A stretch of DNA of 64,000 nucleotides from the human T2T-CHM13v2.0 reference genome, Homo sapiens: the NCBI RefSeq assembly GCF_009914755.1, contig NC_060930.1; one strand, written 5' to 3'. How positions within the stretch are numbered: the stretch's first letter is position 1; the number at the start of each line of letters is the position of its first letter. The notes below the pieces were generated by a model. That model was not told the origin of the DNA. It made no database searches and saw only the letters and a list, made by a program, of their open reading frames with translations. The position numbers and the translations under genes were made by a program. Shown one piece after another: positions 27,913-42,817 of the stretch.

Positions 27913-28529
27913 TTCTTTCGTTTTCTTGAAGCATTGAAGTTTTATCTTTCCAACTAGAGTACAACTATTTTGAAGGAGGGATTTTACCCCCTACTAAGCT
28001 TTTATTTTTCATCCCATAGAATGCAGCACCTACAACATAATAGACATTCGATACTGTTGAACTGATGCTCAGAAGTCAATGTGGAAAAAATGAGTTCAGC
28101 ATCTTTTTGGCTTTGACAGAGTGAAGGTTGTTTAGGGAAGAGAGGAATGGGAAAGTGAGAGAAGTGGTTTGATGTACTAGATTAAATGAGTGTGAAATTA
28201 AAAAGGGAAAGATAAAGAAGAGACATGAAGCCACTTAGTAGTACACAGAGGACCTTTGCCTGAAGAAGAAGGCTCATAGATAGAGTGGTAACAGCCAAAT
28301 GGAGACACCCACAGACCAACACAGGCAGTTTGAGTAAGAGCCAAAATGTTAAGAGTACCCATCACAGATCACATACAAAATTTTGGCAGAGATAACTGTG
28401 TACATAGCTTTGTTCCATTAGTTTGTACTGTAGAGATATCCTGAAATTGTTGGGTTTGACTGTAAAACTAGTTCATAACTGAGACTTTCTGTAACTTGTC
28501 ACTACCCTCATCGCCGTCATCACTGTTGT

Positions 28530-28560
28530 CACCACCACCACCACCACCACCATCACCATC
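28530..28560. repeat. (CAC)n microsatellite
   Basis: caccaccaccaccaccaccaccatcaccatc. Confidence 0.9.
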
Positions 28561-28599
28561 GTGAACATTTGTCAAACACCTATTAAAATTTCATGAAAA

Positions 28600-28770
28600 A
28601 TAGCCATTTCCTGGTGCCCAGGGCACTATGTGACAACATTTTACATGAGCTATTTCATTAGTCTTCTTAACAATCCTATGAGGCAGGACCTATTAATATC
28701 ACCAGTTTTACATATGAGAAAAATGAAGTTGGAATTCAAACTGCATTTGATTGACTCTGTTGCCTATATA
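28600..28770 (-). mobile_element. MIR fragment
   Basis: cttaacaatcctatgaggcagg...ttttacatatgagaaaaatga. Confidence 0.65.
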
Positions 28771-28862
28771 TTTTCTAAAGTAGTTTTTAGTTGAAGCTCC
28801 CAAAAGTTTAATTTCCCCTTCAGTCTATTTCGACTTCATGCTGATTTCATTTTTATGATGGT

Positions 28863-29278
28863 TTGTATCATTGTCAACAAATATGGATACCCCTTCCACT
28901 CCCATTGTGGGTGCTTTCTACCCCTCTAACTTGGGCTCACGTGGCTGACCACAGCCAATGGAATAATAGGAGACATCATGTAAGCAGAGGCCTTAAATGT
29001 GCTTGCAACCTTTGGCATGCCTTTCATGCACTGGTGATCCATGAGAAGAGGATGCCCAAATAGCCACTGCCCCTTTAGTTGGGACCTTAGAATGAATACG
29101 TATGGAGCCGATTTGAAACAACCCCTCTGGGGCCAACACAGCTGACTTTCAACCTGAAGGTCACTCAAATCAGCTCAACTATGCCAATTCATGAGCTTGA
29201 GAATCAGTGTTTGATATTACAAGCTGCTGGGTTGGGGTGGTTGTTACACAGACTTATCTGGCAATAGTATCTATTACA
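28863..29278 (+). mobile_element. MLT1I/J-like solo LTR
   Basis: gcagaggccttaaatgtgcttgc, ccatgagaagaggatgcc, ggggtggttgttacacag. Confidence 0.7.
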
Positions 29279-29317
29279 ATAGGATCTCTTTTTTCTGTCA
29301 TTCATTTAGCAGTTGAT

Positions 29318-29570
29318 TCAACCATGACTGATTTGATTCTGTACCATGTGCCAGTTACTATTGTAGGTGTTGGACATATAAAGACACCCATGGGAAAGTC
29401 TTTATTGTCTTGATGTTTAGTTTTGAGTCAGGAAAAACAATGTGTCTATACATTATTAGAAGACACGATAAAATCTGGTAAGTGCCCTAGCAGGCCACTG
29501 TATCTATGCTCGGGGAGGTCTGAGGAGAGGATATTATGACAGTGGAGGTATTCAGAAAGGCTGAGGGACT
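29318..29570 (-). mobile_element. L2 3' fragment
   Basis: ttcaaccat...accatgtgccagttactattgtaggtgttggacatataaaga. Confidence 0.55.
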
Positions 29571-30629
29571 ATGAACATGCGAGGTAATTCTGTAATAACT
29601 AGAATTTAATTCCTCCAAACACCAAGAAATGCCATTTTTGTAAGTTTTACTATCCTACTTTTAGCAGAGATTATATCCTCATCAAAAAATTTAGAAATTA
29701 AATATCCCTTATCAAAAATTGAGAAATTAGAATCTCTCCCAGTAATTCATTGATATGAGCATGTAATCAAGACGCATGCATGAAACTGTAAGAATGAAAC
29801 TACAAAATCTTCTCATTTTGTTCTTTTTCATATCACCTAGCCTGGATTATAAAAATAAAATATCTGTTGTTGGATTGCTGCATCTGTCACTTTTTACCAA
29901 TTTTTTTGTGGTCACTACCTGGCATGGTGGGTAGAGGTGGTGCTGCCCAATGGTTAGGCATTTGGGTTCTGGGGTCAGACAGACCTTGATGAAGATCCAA
30001 GCCTCTCAAATTACTTAACTTTTCTACACCTAATAATCCTTATAAAGGGTCAGCCATGTGGTTACCAAATGTTACATTTTACTCAGTTTGATCTAAACCC
30101 TTGATGAACAACCCTGAGACCCAGCTAGCTGTCAACTACTGCTACCTACTATTGTATTATGGTCCACAGACTGATTTCAAATACTTTTCAGTTCAGACCA
30201 CACAATAGACTTAAGGAATTTTTTTTTTTAAAGACATCGTATTGGGTGAAGAGGGGTGTCTTACAATCACTCATCCAGGGCAATAACGATCTAGCCAAGT
30301 GAGAACAATGAAGAGGGAGAAGTGACAAGTCTGCAGGAGTGGCAGCAGGCCCCAGCAGGCTGAGGTCTGGGTGCTGGAAGCCCGTGGAGCTCACATGGGT
30401 TCACACGGCACAGAATAGCCCAAGTGTTAGATGGCCGCCATTCTCTAGGACCAGCCAGATCACTCCAGGTAGCAGGGTTCCCTCTGCCAAGCCCTCCCCA
30501 TATGAACAAAGAAGAGATCCCAGGCCACAACTGAGGGAGTCCTGGTTGGGTGAGCAGAGTGCCTCATCATATTCAGCTCAGTGTGACATACCAGGCTCTC
30601 CATAAACCTCACACTTAATGGAATAAGCT

Positions 30630-30770
30630 CATTTCAGCTCCAGATCCCTAGTGAACTTGTGGACAAGTATGACTTTATCTCTCTGAACCTCAGCTTTCTT
30701 AAATAAAAGTGGAGCTGATAATACCTATTCATCACCCTCAGGGTTAAGGATGGAATGAAATACCTTCTAT
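30630..30770 (+). mobile_element. MIR fragment
   Basis: gacaagtatgactttatctctctgaacctcagctttc...gataatacct. Confidence 0.6.
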
Positions 30771-33348
30771 AAACAGACTTCTCTAATGTGCTTATTTGAT
30801 GGGAGGGATGAAGGGCTATAAGGCTATTGCCATTTTGTGACTCCCCAGATGTGCCAAGGTATTTACATCTCAGCAGGGCTAGGCAGACCTGCAGTCTAAG
30901 TGGTAAGACATAGGCGAGGGATTATACACCTTTTCATTTTGAGAAAGGAAAAAGAAACCGTTCACCTCAGGAACACATTTTAGCTTTTCTAAATTGACCC
31001 TCATACAGTAAAATGGTATTCACCATGATGGGGACATGAGGACTTACAGGTTCATTCTCACTCTTGTGCACAGCAGCTGTTTCAGGAAAACGAATGGTAG
31101 GCTGTCATCAGAGTGCTTTTCTGAGTATGATTTAAGCATCTTCCTTTTCAAAAGCAAGTTCGGTTTTTTTTTTTTTTCATTTTAAACCAATTTAATACCT
31201 TTGTTCAGTACCAGCCATTATTATTTTCTCTCATGCACATATTTCAAATTCCTCACATGACAGTTTTGAGAAACTAATGAAAATTAGAGTGTGTTAGCAT
31301 ATCACATTCCTACAGAGACCTGCTAATACATTCAATTACACTTCGTAATGGTAATGGAGACTACAGAGAAAAGCTTTGCCATTTATACCTGCTTGACTGA
31401 GTGTTCTCTCTCTCTCTCCCTCCCTCTCTCTCCCCACCAAAAATTTGGGAAAAATATAGCGTAATGCAAAGGAAGTCATTTTCGATGCTATTTTTAAACG
31501 TGTCTATTTCTGAAAATGCATTGCTTCTCGATAAGAAACAGGATAGTGATGGCACACGTAACTTACTTCTTATTTATCAGTTAGGAGCATTAGCATTAGT
31601 CCATTTATCTAAACTACTGAAATTTTTCCTTCTGCTCACCAAAGACTTCAAAGAAATTTAATAAAGGTATTTTTTCTGCCTAAATATATACTTTGGCAAT
31701 TTGATTTTGTTTTAAAGTAGGATAATTACATTTTCTCCATCCATTCTGTGAATCACAGCTCCCTTGTGAATTCCTTTGAAAACCCTGATGAGGAATGGAA
31801 GATGTGAGTGACTGGTGTGTGATCGTGTTGATGTTTTCTCATCTCCTGAGCCTGGTTTGAAATTCAGCTCTGCCCAGCAGGACTTGCCCTCAGTTTTGAG
31901 GCATTATTTTGAGATGTGTGGGCTCGGGTAACTGTGTGTGCGTGGCCAGTGGGTTGGCCAACTCATCTTCTGGCAAATAAGTGTGGGAGACCTCAATCCT
32001 TGATGTCAAACACTTTTATAGCCTATTATGGAATAAATTGAATGCAGATTTATTCTTCATAAATGTGTCAGTTTCAATATTTTCTGTTTTACATGATGAA
32101 CTTCTGGAATTCAGAGACAGTGCTAGTAAATTGATTTTGTGTTACCTGTAATATGGATTTTGACAAAAAATTTAACAATACATTTCTTTACTAGATAATG
32201 ACTTAGTAAGCTAGTGTTTTCTAATATGTTTATTAATTTGTTTGTATCAGATCAAATACTGGCTGATTTTTCCCAATGAGATCGAAAAGTTAGGACAGAT
32301 ATATAGACTTTGGCTGACCTGGGTGAGTTCTGTGCCAGGCATTGTGCTATCTATTGTGATTCTAAAGATAGACAAGGCGGAGTTAGTTATTTAAACTGCA
32401 AATTGCGAGTACTTGGCAAATGAAAGTTATTCATTTTCTGACCTTTTTTGAATTTTCTAGTCTTGGAATCCATGACAGGAAGCCAGAATTTCTAGCTTTG
32501 ATGTGGTTTCAATTTGATGTAGTCTAAGCAGAATACTATAATTGTATGAATTAAGAAAATATAAAAGAACAATTAATGAAGTAGATAATTTTTAAAATGA
32601 GAAACATTATTCATTATTTGGTCTATGAAAATATACATGTATCCAAGATAGGATATTAAAGTTTTATTCTATGTAGCCCACACATATATTTATGCATGTG
32701 AATGGTATTTTCAATACACTTTGTGCATAGCTGTGTTCAGATCCCTCAAAGCACAGCCCGTGATGAGTAAGAAAGACTGTAGCTGCAGCTCTGGGGTCCC
32801 CGAGGAGCTATGGCTCATCCTCATCTCAGCGGGCTTCACTCCCAAGGGGTGGGTGCTACATCTCCATCCTCCCCTGTCCCAGCAACATTCTCCTCTTTTG
32901 TTAGCCAGGAATCCTGGAAGAATAGCAAGAGCAGAGGGTAGCATAAGGCTTGTGTTCCTTCCTAACTGCTGCCTTTCTGATTAGGAAGCATTGAAAAAGG
33001 TGCCTGTGTTTCCTCTGCATCTTTCTTTGGGAGAATTTTTCATGTAAATCATGAGATAAGAGTTATTCAGATTGATCAGTTTGAACATCCATTCTGTTTT
33101 GGTTGGCAGTCATGCTCTAAAAACTTCAGTGTAGATCATTTTTAATAACCATATGGAAACAAGGGCAATTTCTAATTGAGATTTTTTTTTTCTTTTCTAT
33201 TAGAACAGGTTGCCACTGACTGTAAAGGGAAAGAATATTGGAAGTTATTTTTAAAGGTAGAGATGGGAGAAAGGAGTAATTTGAAATCTGAATTGTTCAG
33301 CTGCCGTCACACACATTATGGCTAAAAAGCTTCATGGTAAAGAATGAC

Positions 33349-33876
<528 letters not shown>

Positions 33877-36800
33877 TCAAGGAGGAAGCCTTAAGCATGG
33901 TTAATGCTAAAGTTTTTCTCACATATTGAAGAAGGACATATTATTAACTTCAACATTTACCCAAATAAACCAGTCCCATCCCATTTAAAACAGGTTCAAT
34001 GGGAAGCATCATTATTAAAATAAATAAAATTGTATGATGATGCTATTTCCTCAATACCAAAGTGGAAAAGCACCTAGAAAAGTTGCCAAGCCAAACAGCC
34101 ACAGGCTTTGCAAGATTGTGCATCAATGCTATTGACCTACAAAGTTAGACCTGAGGACTTTGTCTTTAAGATCACTTAGATTCTTATCTTGTTGCTTAGC
34201 AATTAAGTATTTTTTAATTTAATGTTAGCTTCCCTTGTCCTGCCTCCTCACCTCCTCAAAAATCCCTTTGAAAATTCGCTAGACTCTTGTAGAAACTTTA
34301 AAATTGCATAATAGTAAGTTTGATTCCTTAATCCTCTGTAAACCTGCTTTAACATCCAGTAGACGTTAACAATGGTTGGACACTGATGGATAGTGATTGC
34401 TTTGTTGAATGGGGTGGGACACAGGATCTCAGAAGCTCAGCTTTTTAACCCAATCTCTAAATTCTTCTTCATATGAGAGCCTCCTGAAATGCCCAGCTCC
34501 AGCAATTAAGATATCTGATTCAAATATGGATGTCCAACATTGGAAGATTTCCTCCAAGAATTTCTTTTCTCACATTTCTTCATTTTAATGGGCTTCGGCA
34601 GCACATGATGAAATTTTCTGCCCACTTGCTGGGGAGCTCAATTTGGGGGCTTCATTGGCTACGGTGAAGTCAAAGGACCCTCATCACAATATATGTGATG
34701 GAGCAATTGACCTTTATTTGGAAGATGGACCTTTTGTACCTGGTAAAGTGAAGTGCTCAGGAGACAGCCAGAGAAAGCAGGGGCACGTCGCAGACATTTT
34801 GCATGTCAGGACAACCTTTTCAACTTGGTTTTTGCCTTGTAAAACAAACTAACTCTCTTTCTCTGTCTTTAATTTTTTTTTTTTTTTTTGCTCAAAAGTT
34901 TAATGGTTGTATGCCCATATTCTCATAAGTTTTCAAAATGTCTGTAACGAGTGTGTGTACTTTTAAATGATGATTCAGATCTTAGCTTTTTAAGAGTTAT
35001 GTACATGGTTAACATCCAGCGGTCTCAAAACTCCGCTGTGCTCTTTTCTTCACTGTTGCCAAGCCTTTGTGGTTACAGAATCTTTTAACTTTACCTGTAA
35101 ACTTTAAATAACTTAACTTTTAATGTTTTGAAGTAATCTTGTTTGTTTCTTTAGAGTTTGAATTCATGCTTACCTAAAATCATTTTCCCCTCAATTTATT
35201 TATAAAATGCTTAGAAGGAAATCTTATTCTTAGAATACTTATTTTTTCTGTCATACAACAATGACAGTCTAACATGAAGATGTTTGATTTATTTTCCTAT
35301 TTTATTGTTCTGCTTTAATTCATACAGATCCAGAAGTAATGAATTATACCTTTTGTTAAAACTTTCTCTTTTGTTTAATGGAAAGTGAACAACAGGGTTG
35401 TTATACACACATTACAAAACTTTTTTCTTTTTCTTTGTAAGAAAATAATGAGCTAGACTGCAACCACACTGTAAGAATGTTTGTGGCATTTGTGATTATT
35501 TCTCTGTTTTAAGAAGTCCATTTCCTCTTTCTTACTTTAAAAATTGGATAAAAGTTTTTATCTTTTTGTTCTTTTCATTCTACCTATTGTCTTAGTGCAT
35601 TTAATTCTATATGACAAGGGGCTGTGAAAAAGATCTCGAATAATGTTCCCATTGGTAGATGTGCTGCCTCTCTCAGCCTCAGTTTCCTCATCTGTAAAAT
35701 GAGAGAGTTGTACGAGATGATCCCAGAGGTCTCACAAAGCTCTAAGTTAGGTGCCACTTTAATGATACCAGTGAGCAAGATGAACAAGTCATTTCAGTGG
35801 CTGAATTACCCTGCTCATGTTCCACATTCTTGAGATGTGACCTTTACATTCAAACTGCGAGTTCGTCATCTCTGGATTCCCTGAAAGACATTCATTCTTA
35901 AAGATGTCTGCCAGCGGCCATTTAGCCCAACCCTTTCATTTTCCAGATAAGAAAAATAAAACAGTGTTTTATTGAAACATCAATAGGAAAGCATATAAAC
36001 TGACTTTTTGTTTTCTTTCTAATAGCTATGCAATCCCAGTCTTACTATAAATAATCCCAAACTAAGGCTTCAAAACCACAAAACTCATTCTGTAAACATT
36101 CTGTCTAAGGCTAAGACCTACCTACTGCCTCTATGGGAGCCCTTCTCTCCTGCCTGGGGTGCAGGGCCTCAGTGCTAATATGAACAGGGTCCCAGTCGTT
36201 AGTTGGCTGCCATCTGCACTGTTGTCACCCCAGAATAAATAATTGAGAAGCACATGCCACTGAGGTGTGCCTAATTCTGCGAAAATAACTGTTACTTCCC
36301 CAGATCCAAGAAATTTAGCAAACTCATCACACTGTAATAACAATTTTATTCATTATTAATCCTGGTGAGGAATACTTCAGCTGCTTTACATCTATTTCAT
36401 ACCCTCCACTTTGACCCCTCTCTTTGATACTGCAAATCCTCACGTTGAAGGGCATGTGAAATTATTGGTGAATCAGAAAGGTGATGTTTCATTCCGTATA
36501 TTAATGCTTCTTTTGTAAATTAAGAATTTATTTTTGTTTGTAGTTAACTCAAATATGCTTTTTTTTATGGGCTTCAGTGTTCCATTAATTTTTAAAGGAA
36601 TTAAATATTTGCTTAGATGTGCCTTCCACAGTTCTTTCAATCATGTGGGTAGATTTTTTCCCCTTAATTGTCTATGTTAAAAAGGGGAAAAAAACAACTA
36701 AAACACACAGTAAAGAAGGTAATTTTTTCCAGCTGTGTAGTAGTTCTATTCCTTCATTTGACTTTGATGTAGTCAAAAAGTGGCCGCCTGGTCTGACTTA

Positions 36801-37004
36801 AACTTTACTTCTTTTACCCCGTGGCAACATTTAGAGGGAAGAGAAATACAATCTCTAACTGGAAAATCTCCCAAATTCATTAGACTTACCACTTATTTAC
36901 CAATCAGAAGTTATTTTAAGTTGCGGTTTTCTGCTCCAGTAAAGTGTATAGTCTGAAGTATTTTGTTACTCAGAATTTGGTGTATTTTATGGAAGACTTT
37001 ACTA

Positions 37005-37200
37005 AAAGGAAAGAGACAGAAAAGAGGGAAAGAGAAAGAGGGAAGGAAAGAAGGAAGGAAGGAAGGAAGGAAGGAAGGAAGGAAGGAAGGAAGGAAGGAA
37101 GGAAAGAGAGAGAGAGAGAAAGAAAGAAAGAATGTCCTAAGGTAAAGAAGAGTCTTTACTAAAAAGGATGGAAGGAAGGGAGGCAGGAAAGAAAGAAATG
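37005..37200 (+). repeat. (GGAA)13 within a purine tract, followed by (GA)n and (GAAA)n
   Basis: 13 contiguous GGAA at 37053-37104; 2 more at 37041-37048 separated by AGAA. Confidence 0.95.
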
Positions 37201-39305
37201 ATAAGTTCCTAATACATGAGCAAGGGTTTGTCTGGGATCTCAACTTGCCTGGGGTTAACTAGTGTTGTAGGTCCAAAGTAACTGGATTTAAATGTCATAC
37301 ATAATGACAAGTAGGAAAATTGGTACGTTATTTGCATGTGAATGGGGATAGAGGTGACTGGATGTTGATTCATTGCATGATGAATGTTTGCCCTTGGTGA
37401 AATGTTTTACCTTCCATGAAATTATAAACAATATTTCTTACTGACTGTAAAATGTAGACACCAAGCCTAGAAGTGTCTGCTCCTGAAATGCTGCTCTAAT
37501 TAGAAAACTGTTTTTAAAAAACAAAACAAACAAAACCCAATCAGAGGAGGGAGGAATCTTGGAATTCTACACTTTTGAGGAAGGACTTGCCTTCATGTAT
37601 TGCTTTAGGTTTAGGAGAGTTGGGAGTGGACCTGGGAAATATAATTCCAAGACGCATTAGAGATAAATGGACAAAGACAGTTTACTCACATTCTTTGGAA
37701 AATATTTTTGAAGTCTCTAAAATAAATTAGATTTATTATTCTTATACTGTTTTGTGTTAGTAATGTTTCTCTATATATTGATCTAATGTGCTTTTTAATT
37801 TGTAAAGCTAATACTTTTGCAGGAATAAACACAATCTCAGCTGTGAGACTATTAAGGAAAAAGTTTTTTCTAGATAATGCATCAGTATGTCTTCAAAACT
37901 TATAATTAGAGAGTCTTAGAACTTGATAAAAAAAGTTTCTTAATTTTTTGGAGAAATATTATCAAATATTTCCATTGATTGAAAACATTGATTTTCCAAG
38001 GTCACTTTTCTTCTTAAGCTTTTCCTTCAATTGGATTATAGTGATTGAATGATGGAAAACTTTCCCCAGTATTCTGCCGTGACAACTTGCAGTATATGTG
38101 TATTACACATTTTAACCTAGTAATTCTCCAAATCATCACAAGAGACATGGGATTCATGGAAACCCTTGGATTAGCCCAGGGTCAAACAATAAATTAGGAT
38201 CAGTGTCAGAATTAGAGTTCACTAGGGACGCTGAATTTTGAGTTTGTTGTTGAAGCATACTGGTTGTGGTTTGATATGCATAGAATCAGAGGTCAGGATG
38301 CTCACAGATAGGTTTTTGTACTCTCTGAAAAGACACTACAAAACCAAACATCAGAGAGCATGCAGGATGCCCGCTTCTTAAGATGTGGAATGCCAGAATC
38401 CCCGGACTTTAACAAGGAGATGCCATAATCAGAGGCTCCGTGGGACTTCCAGGCTGGGGCAACCCCACACGACAGGACATCTTACTGATTTGAAGAAATG
38501 CCACTAGCAGTTGATGGCATGTGCAAGGAGGGATGACAATCGCCACTTGGGGGTCACTGGGCCTGACATATTTCTTTCAAGAAATTGAACAAAGGCCAGC
38601 TCCCCTGGGCTATGTAAGGTAAACATTCCAATCAGCATCACCCATGGAAGCTGATTTGGAAATCATTCTCAAGAAATACTGTCCAAGCTCATTTCTCTAA
38701 GCCCACGCAATATAATTTTAAAGCAAAAAGAACATTGACCCTTCCTCTGCTTGAGGTGGTAATGTTGATTCCCATGTTAGAATAATAGAATTTTTCTATA
38801 CGTTATGTATTTATACACTTACTGCAGATTCAGCACAGAGGCCATCCTGGGAAAAAGAGCAAGTTACATTGAATTCTAATGTGTTACATATGATCTTGCA
38901 CAGGTGTGTGAATACTTTTCATCTCAAAGCATTTCCCATAGTTTTATATAGGAGCAGGGTATAAGCTCGGATAATGGTGAAGTAGGCCAAGGAGAAAACC
39001 TAAGAATTGATGAGGTCTGTGATAAATTGTGGCACCTCAGTGTCATATGAGTTGAGTTGGTCCTATGCAGCTCTAGCTGCTGATTGTGTGAGAAATACAG
39101 ACCCAGTGCTATCAGACCTTAAGACTTGCTTTCACAATAAATTAACACTCCAGGTTTTTAGGTGAAACTTTGCCATCTAATGAAATACATCCACGGGCCG
39201 GAACTGGCTCTCGGATCATCAGTTTGTGATAGACTAGGATCATTACCAGTGGCTTAGTATATGTCAAGTTCTGTGTCAACTGTTATCTTTGTCTCTATTT
39301 CTATA

Positions 39306-39335
39306 TCTGTCTGTCTGTCTATGTATCTATCTATG

Positions 39336-39381
<46 letters not shown>
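39306..39381. repeat. Compound tetranucleotide STR [TCTG]3 TCTA TGTA [TCTA]2 TGTA [TCTA]11
   Basis: Read directly from the sequence. Confidence 0.95.
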
Positions 39382-39550
39382 GTCTTATCTATTCACAGTT
39401 GACCCTTGAACAATATGGGGGTTAGAGGTGCCAACCCCCTGTGCAGTCAAAAATTCAAGTATAGCTTTGACTCCCTCAAAACTTAAAGTACCAATACTCT
39501 ACTGGTGACTGGAAGGAAGCCTTACTGATAACATGAGTAGTCAATTCATA

Positions 39551-40067
39551 GACCAGCGTGGTGGTATGTGCAGTGAGCCATGATCATGCCACTGCACTCC
39601 AGCCTGGGCGACAGAGTGAGGCCCTATCGCAAAAAAATAAAATGAGAGATACATTTGCATCAATTGTTTATGCTTCATGGATTCTTAAATATTCAATCCT
39701 TCTTGACCTGTTCGGTTTCCACTTATGTTTATTGGTAACTATCACTTCTTAATCTCAAAGGATTTCGATTGGCCTGTTTATGTCTCATGCTTAATAATAT
39801 CCAGCTTGATACAGTACTTGTGTACTGTAGTATGCTAAACTAGAGAGCTTATCGTTATCACTGCACAATAATCTGTAGAAAACTTTGTAATTTGAAAACT
39901 TCAGGTGGCACTTGTAGTGTTGTATAAATATATGCAGAAATAAAACCATATTCAGAATTATTTCTTTTAGAATTAGAGTAATCATGCTTTAGAAAAAACT
40001 GCATTTCTTATCTCTTTTAATGTGTATAAAATAAACTTGAAATTTCACTTTGGGTTACCATAGAAAA
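39551..40067 (+). other. Retrotransposed insert: AluJ right-arm fragment (39553-39642) plus about 420 bp unique 3'UTR-like sequence ending after AATAAA
   Basis: Interrupts Tigger2a; TSD tagtcaattcata (39538-39550) / tagttgatcata (40068-40079); AATAAA at 40030-40035. Confidence 0.65.
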
Positions 40068-40156
40068 TAGTTGATCATATATATTTTGTGTTATATGTAT
40101 TACACACTGTGCTCTTAAAGCAAGCCAGATAAAAGAAAATGTTATTAAGAAAATCA

Positions 40157-40516
<360 letters not shown>

Positions 40517-40609
40517 TCATTAAGTAAAAATAGATCATCATAAGGTTCTTTATTCTGTCATCTTCATGTTGAGTGGCTGAAGGGAGGAAGAAACATTTAA
40601 AACATAGAA

Positions 40610-40930
40610 CAGGCCAGAAATGGTGACTGAATAGATGCAGGGGATGATCAAGATGAGGTTAAGTTTTCTGGTTTAATTAATTGTGCAGTTGGTGAAACCA
40701 TTCACCAAGATTTGGAGCTTGAAAGAGGGGGGTTTGAAGGGGGTGGCTGATGAAGCAATCAGGTTTGGATGGGTTGAGTCCGAGTTTCAGGTGCCAGTGG
40801 GACATTCAAGTGGAAATTTCCAGAAGTCATTTGGAGAGGTTTGATGCTCTAGGGAGCAACTTAGGCTGGATAGATGATTATAAGTGGTAGATAGTGAGGG
40901 AAAATATGGAAGAGGATGAGTTGGCCACAG
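40610..40930 (-). mobile_element. L2 fragment
   Basis: ggtgactgaatagatg...gatcaagatgag; ggtgccagtgggacattcaagtggaaat. Confidence 0.65.
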
Positions 40931-41417
40931 TAGGGTGTGTATTAAGAAGCAGCACAAACACTTTGAGAGTATTAGTTCCAGACATTGTGAGTTGCTAAAA
41001 GCAGCCTTCATTAGGGCTTCTTGATGCCCTGGCAAGATGTCACTCTGAACAGATAGAATATCAGCACCCTTCAGAATTCACCTTCCAAGAGGAAATTTAG
41101 GCAACTTGAGAGGCATCGCTCACTGAATAACTCACACCCTCTTCTGAAAATGTAGCCTTTGAGCTTATCTCAGTAAAAGATAATGCCTCTACAATTTAGG
41201 TAACAGAGTGTTGATGTTCACTCAAACCCGTTCTTCTGTTGGACCACTACAAGAGATTAAGTAAATTGATCAAGGTTACGTGACAGAATTTGAACCCAGG
41301 TCTGTAGGTCTTGACTTCAACCCATGATCAGTTAGGTTGATCCTGTTAGTGGGGAGACTTCCCTCTAAGGCCAGCTGTCTGTTTTATAGAAGCAGATTTG
41401 TGAAATGCATCAGTGCA

Positions 41418-41793
41418 TGTATTAGTCCTTTTTCACACTGCTATAAAGACCTCCTGAGACTGGATAATTTATAAAGGAAGGAGATTTAATTGACTCCGTG
41501 TTCAGCATGGCGAGGGAGGCCTCAGGAAACTTACAGTCATGGCAGAAGGCAAAAGGAAGTGAGGCATCTTCTTCACAGGGCGGCAAGAAGGAGAATGAAC
41601 ACAGGAGGAACTACCAAACACTTAAAAAACCATCAGATCTCGTGAGAACTCACTCATTATCATGAGAACAGCATGTGGGAAACTACTGTCATGATTCAAT
41701 TACCTCCACCTGGTCTCTCCCTGTATATGTGGGTATTATGGGGATTACAATTCAAGCTGAGACGTTGGGTGGAAACACAGCCAAACAACATCA
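41418..41793 (-). mobile_element. THE1D/C-like solo LTR
   Basis: tgtattagtcc...ggcctcaggaaacttacagtcatggcagaagg...cagccaaacaacatca; perfect TSD GTGCA. Confidence 0.92.
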
Positions 41794-42817
41794 GTGCATA
41801 AACTAGTCCACTTCCAATAAAGGAGCTCAAAGCCTCTGGCTGACAAGGGTCCACCCCCACTGTCATCCTCCTTTTAGCTGATGTACAAGACCTTACAACC
41901 ATTCTTCTGCTAGAAATAGAAAACTCTGAAAGAGATATAAACAGTAGTCTCAACTTTGGATCCTCAGATTTGGAGATGATGTGTCTAAAATATCTCTGTT
42001 CAGGTGGGAGAAATGTGCTTGGTACTCTTTTGGCTGCATCTGCAAGTCATCAAGAAACATAAAGAAAGTAATTGGTCCAAAACTTTATTTGGAATTGTAG
42101 TTCAATCAAAAATTTACTTTTAACTTCTGCATTTATGTACCAGTTAAAAGGCACTGGCCAATGATGCTTCACTATATACATTTAATTACCATAAAAACTT
42201 GATAGAAAACATTATTTTTCTTCCACACTAACATTGCATTAAACTTTAGCCATTTGAACTGATAAAAGCCATCACCCTGCAATGAAGAATTAATCGTGGA
42301 AGTGCATTCAAATAAGAGAATATTTTTTAGATGACCTCTGTTGGATTCTTATTAGCAATGTTTATGTTCCATGTAATGTTTTCCATATGCCGTTACTGTT
42401 TGAAAGTTTGGTCTTGCATTTATTCTTCTCACCAGCTGTGGAAGTCCAGACCCTAGGCAGCAGCTTCTACCCAAATGCCTGCATAATCTGGCATTCTGGC
42501 CACCAGAACTATTTATTTTATTTTAGTTTAGTTTTGTTTTTCATGGAATGAGGGTTTGGGTCACATATTTGTGAATATAATCATAAGCTTCAGATGTCTT
42601 TTATCTTTATGATGGGGCCATCTTGTCATATGCTTAGCTGACTTCCAATTTGCGGAATATTGGCATGTTTCATAGCTCTAAAGATAAAACCAAATATTCT
42701 AGAAAATTCACATGAAATGAATTATACTGTGACTTTTTCAAAATAGCTTCATTATTTTTATAAAAGGGATGTATGCTCAATGAATGAAAAGAAAGTCAGT
42801 TAATAAAAGTATAAACA

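Noticed and set aside
39901-39913. tcaggtggcactt resembling the plasmid bla promoter region
   Set aside because: Only 13 nt and the flanks do not match vector; chance.
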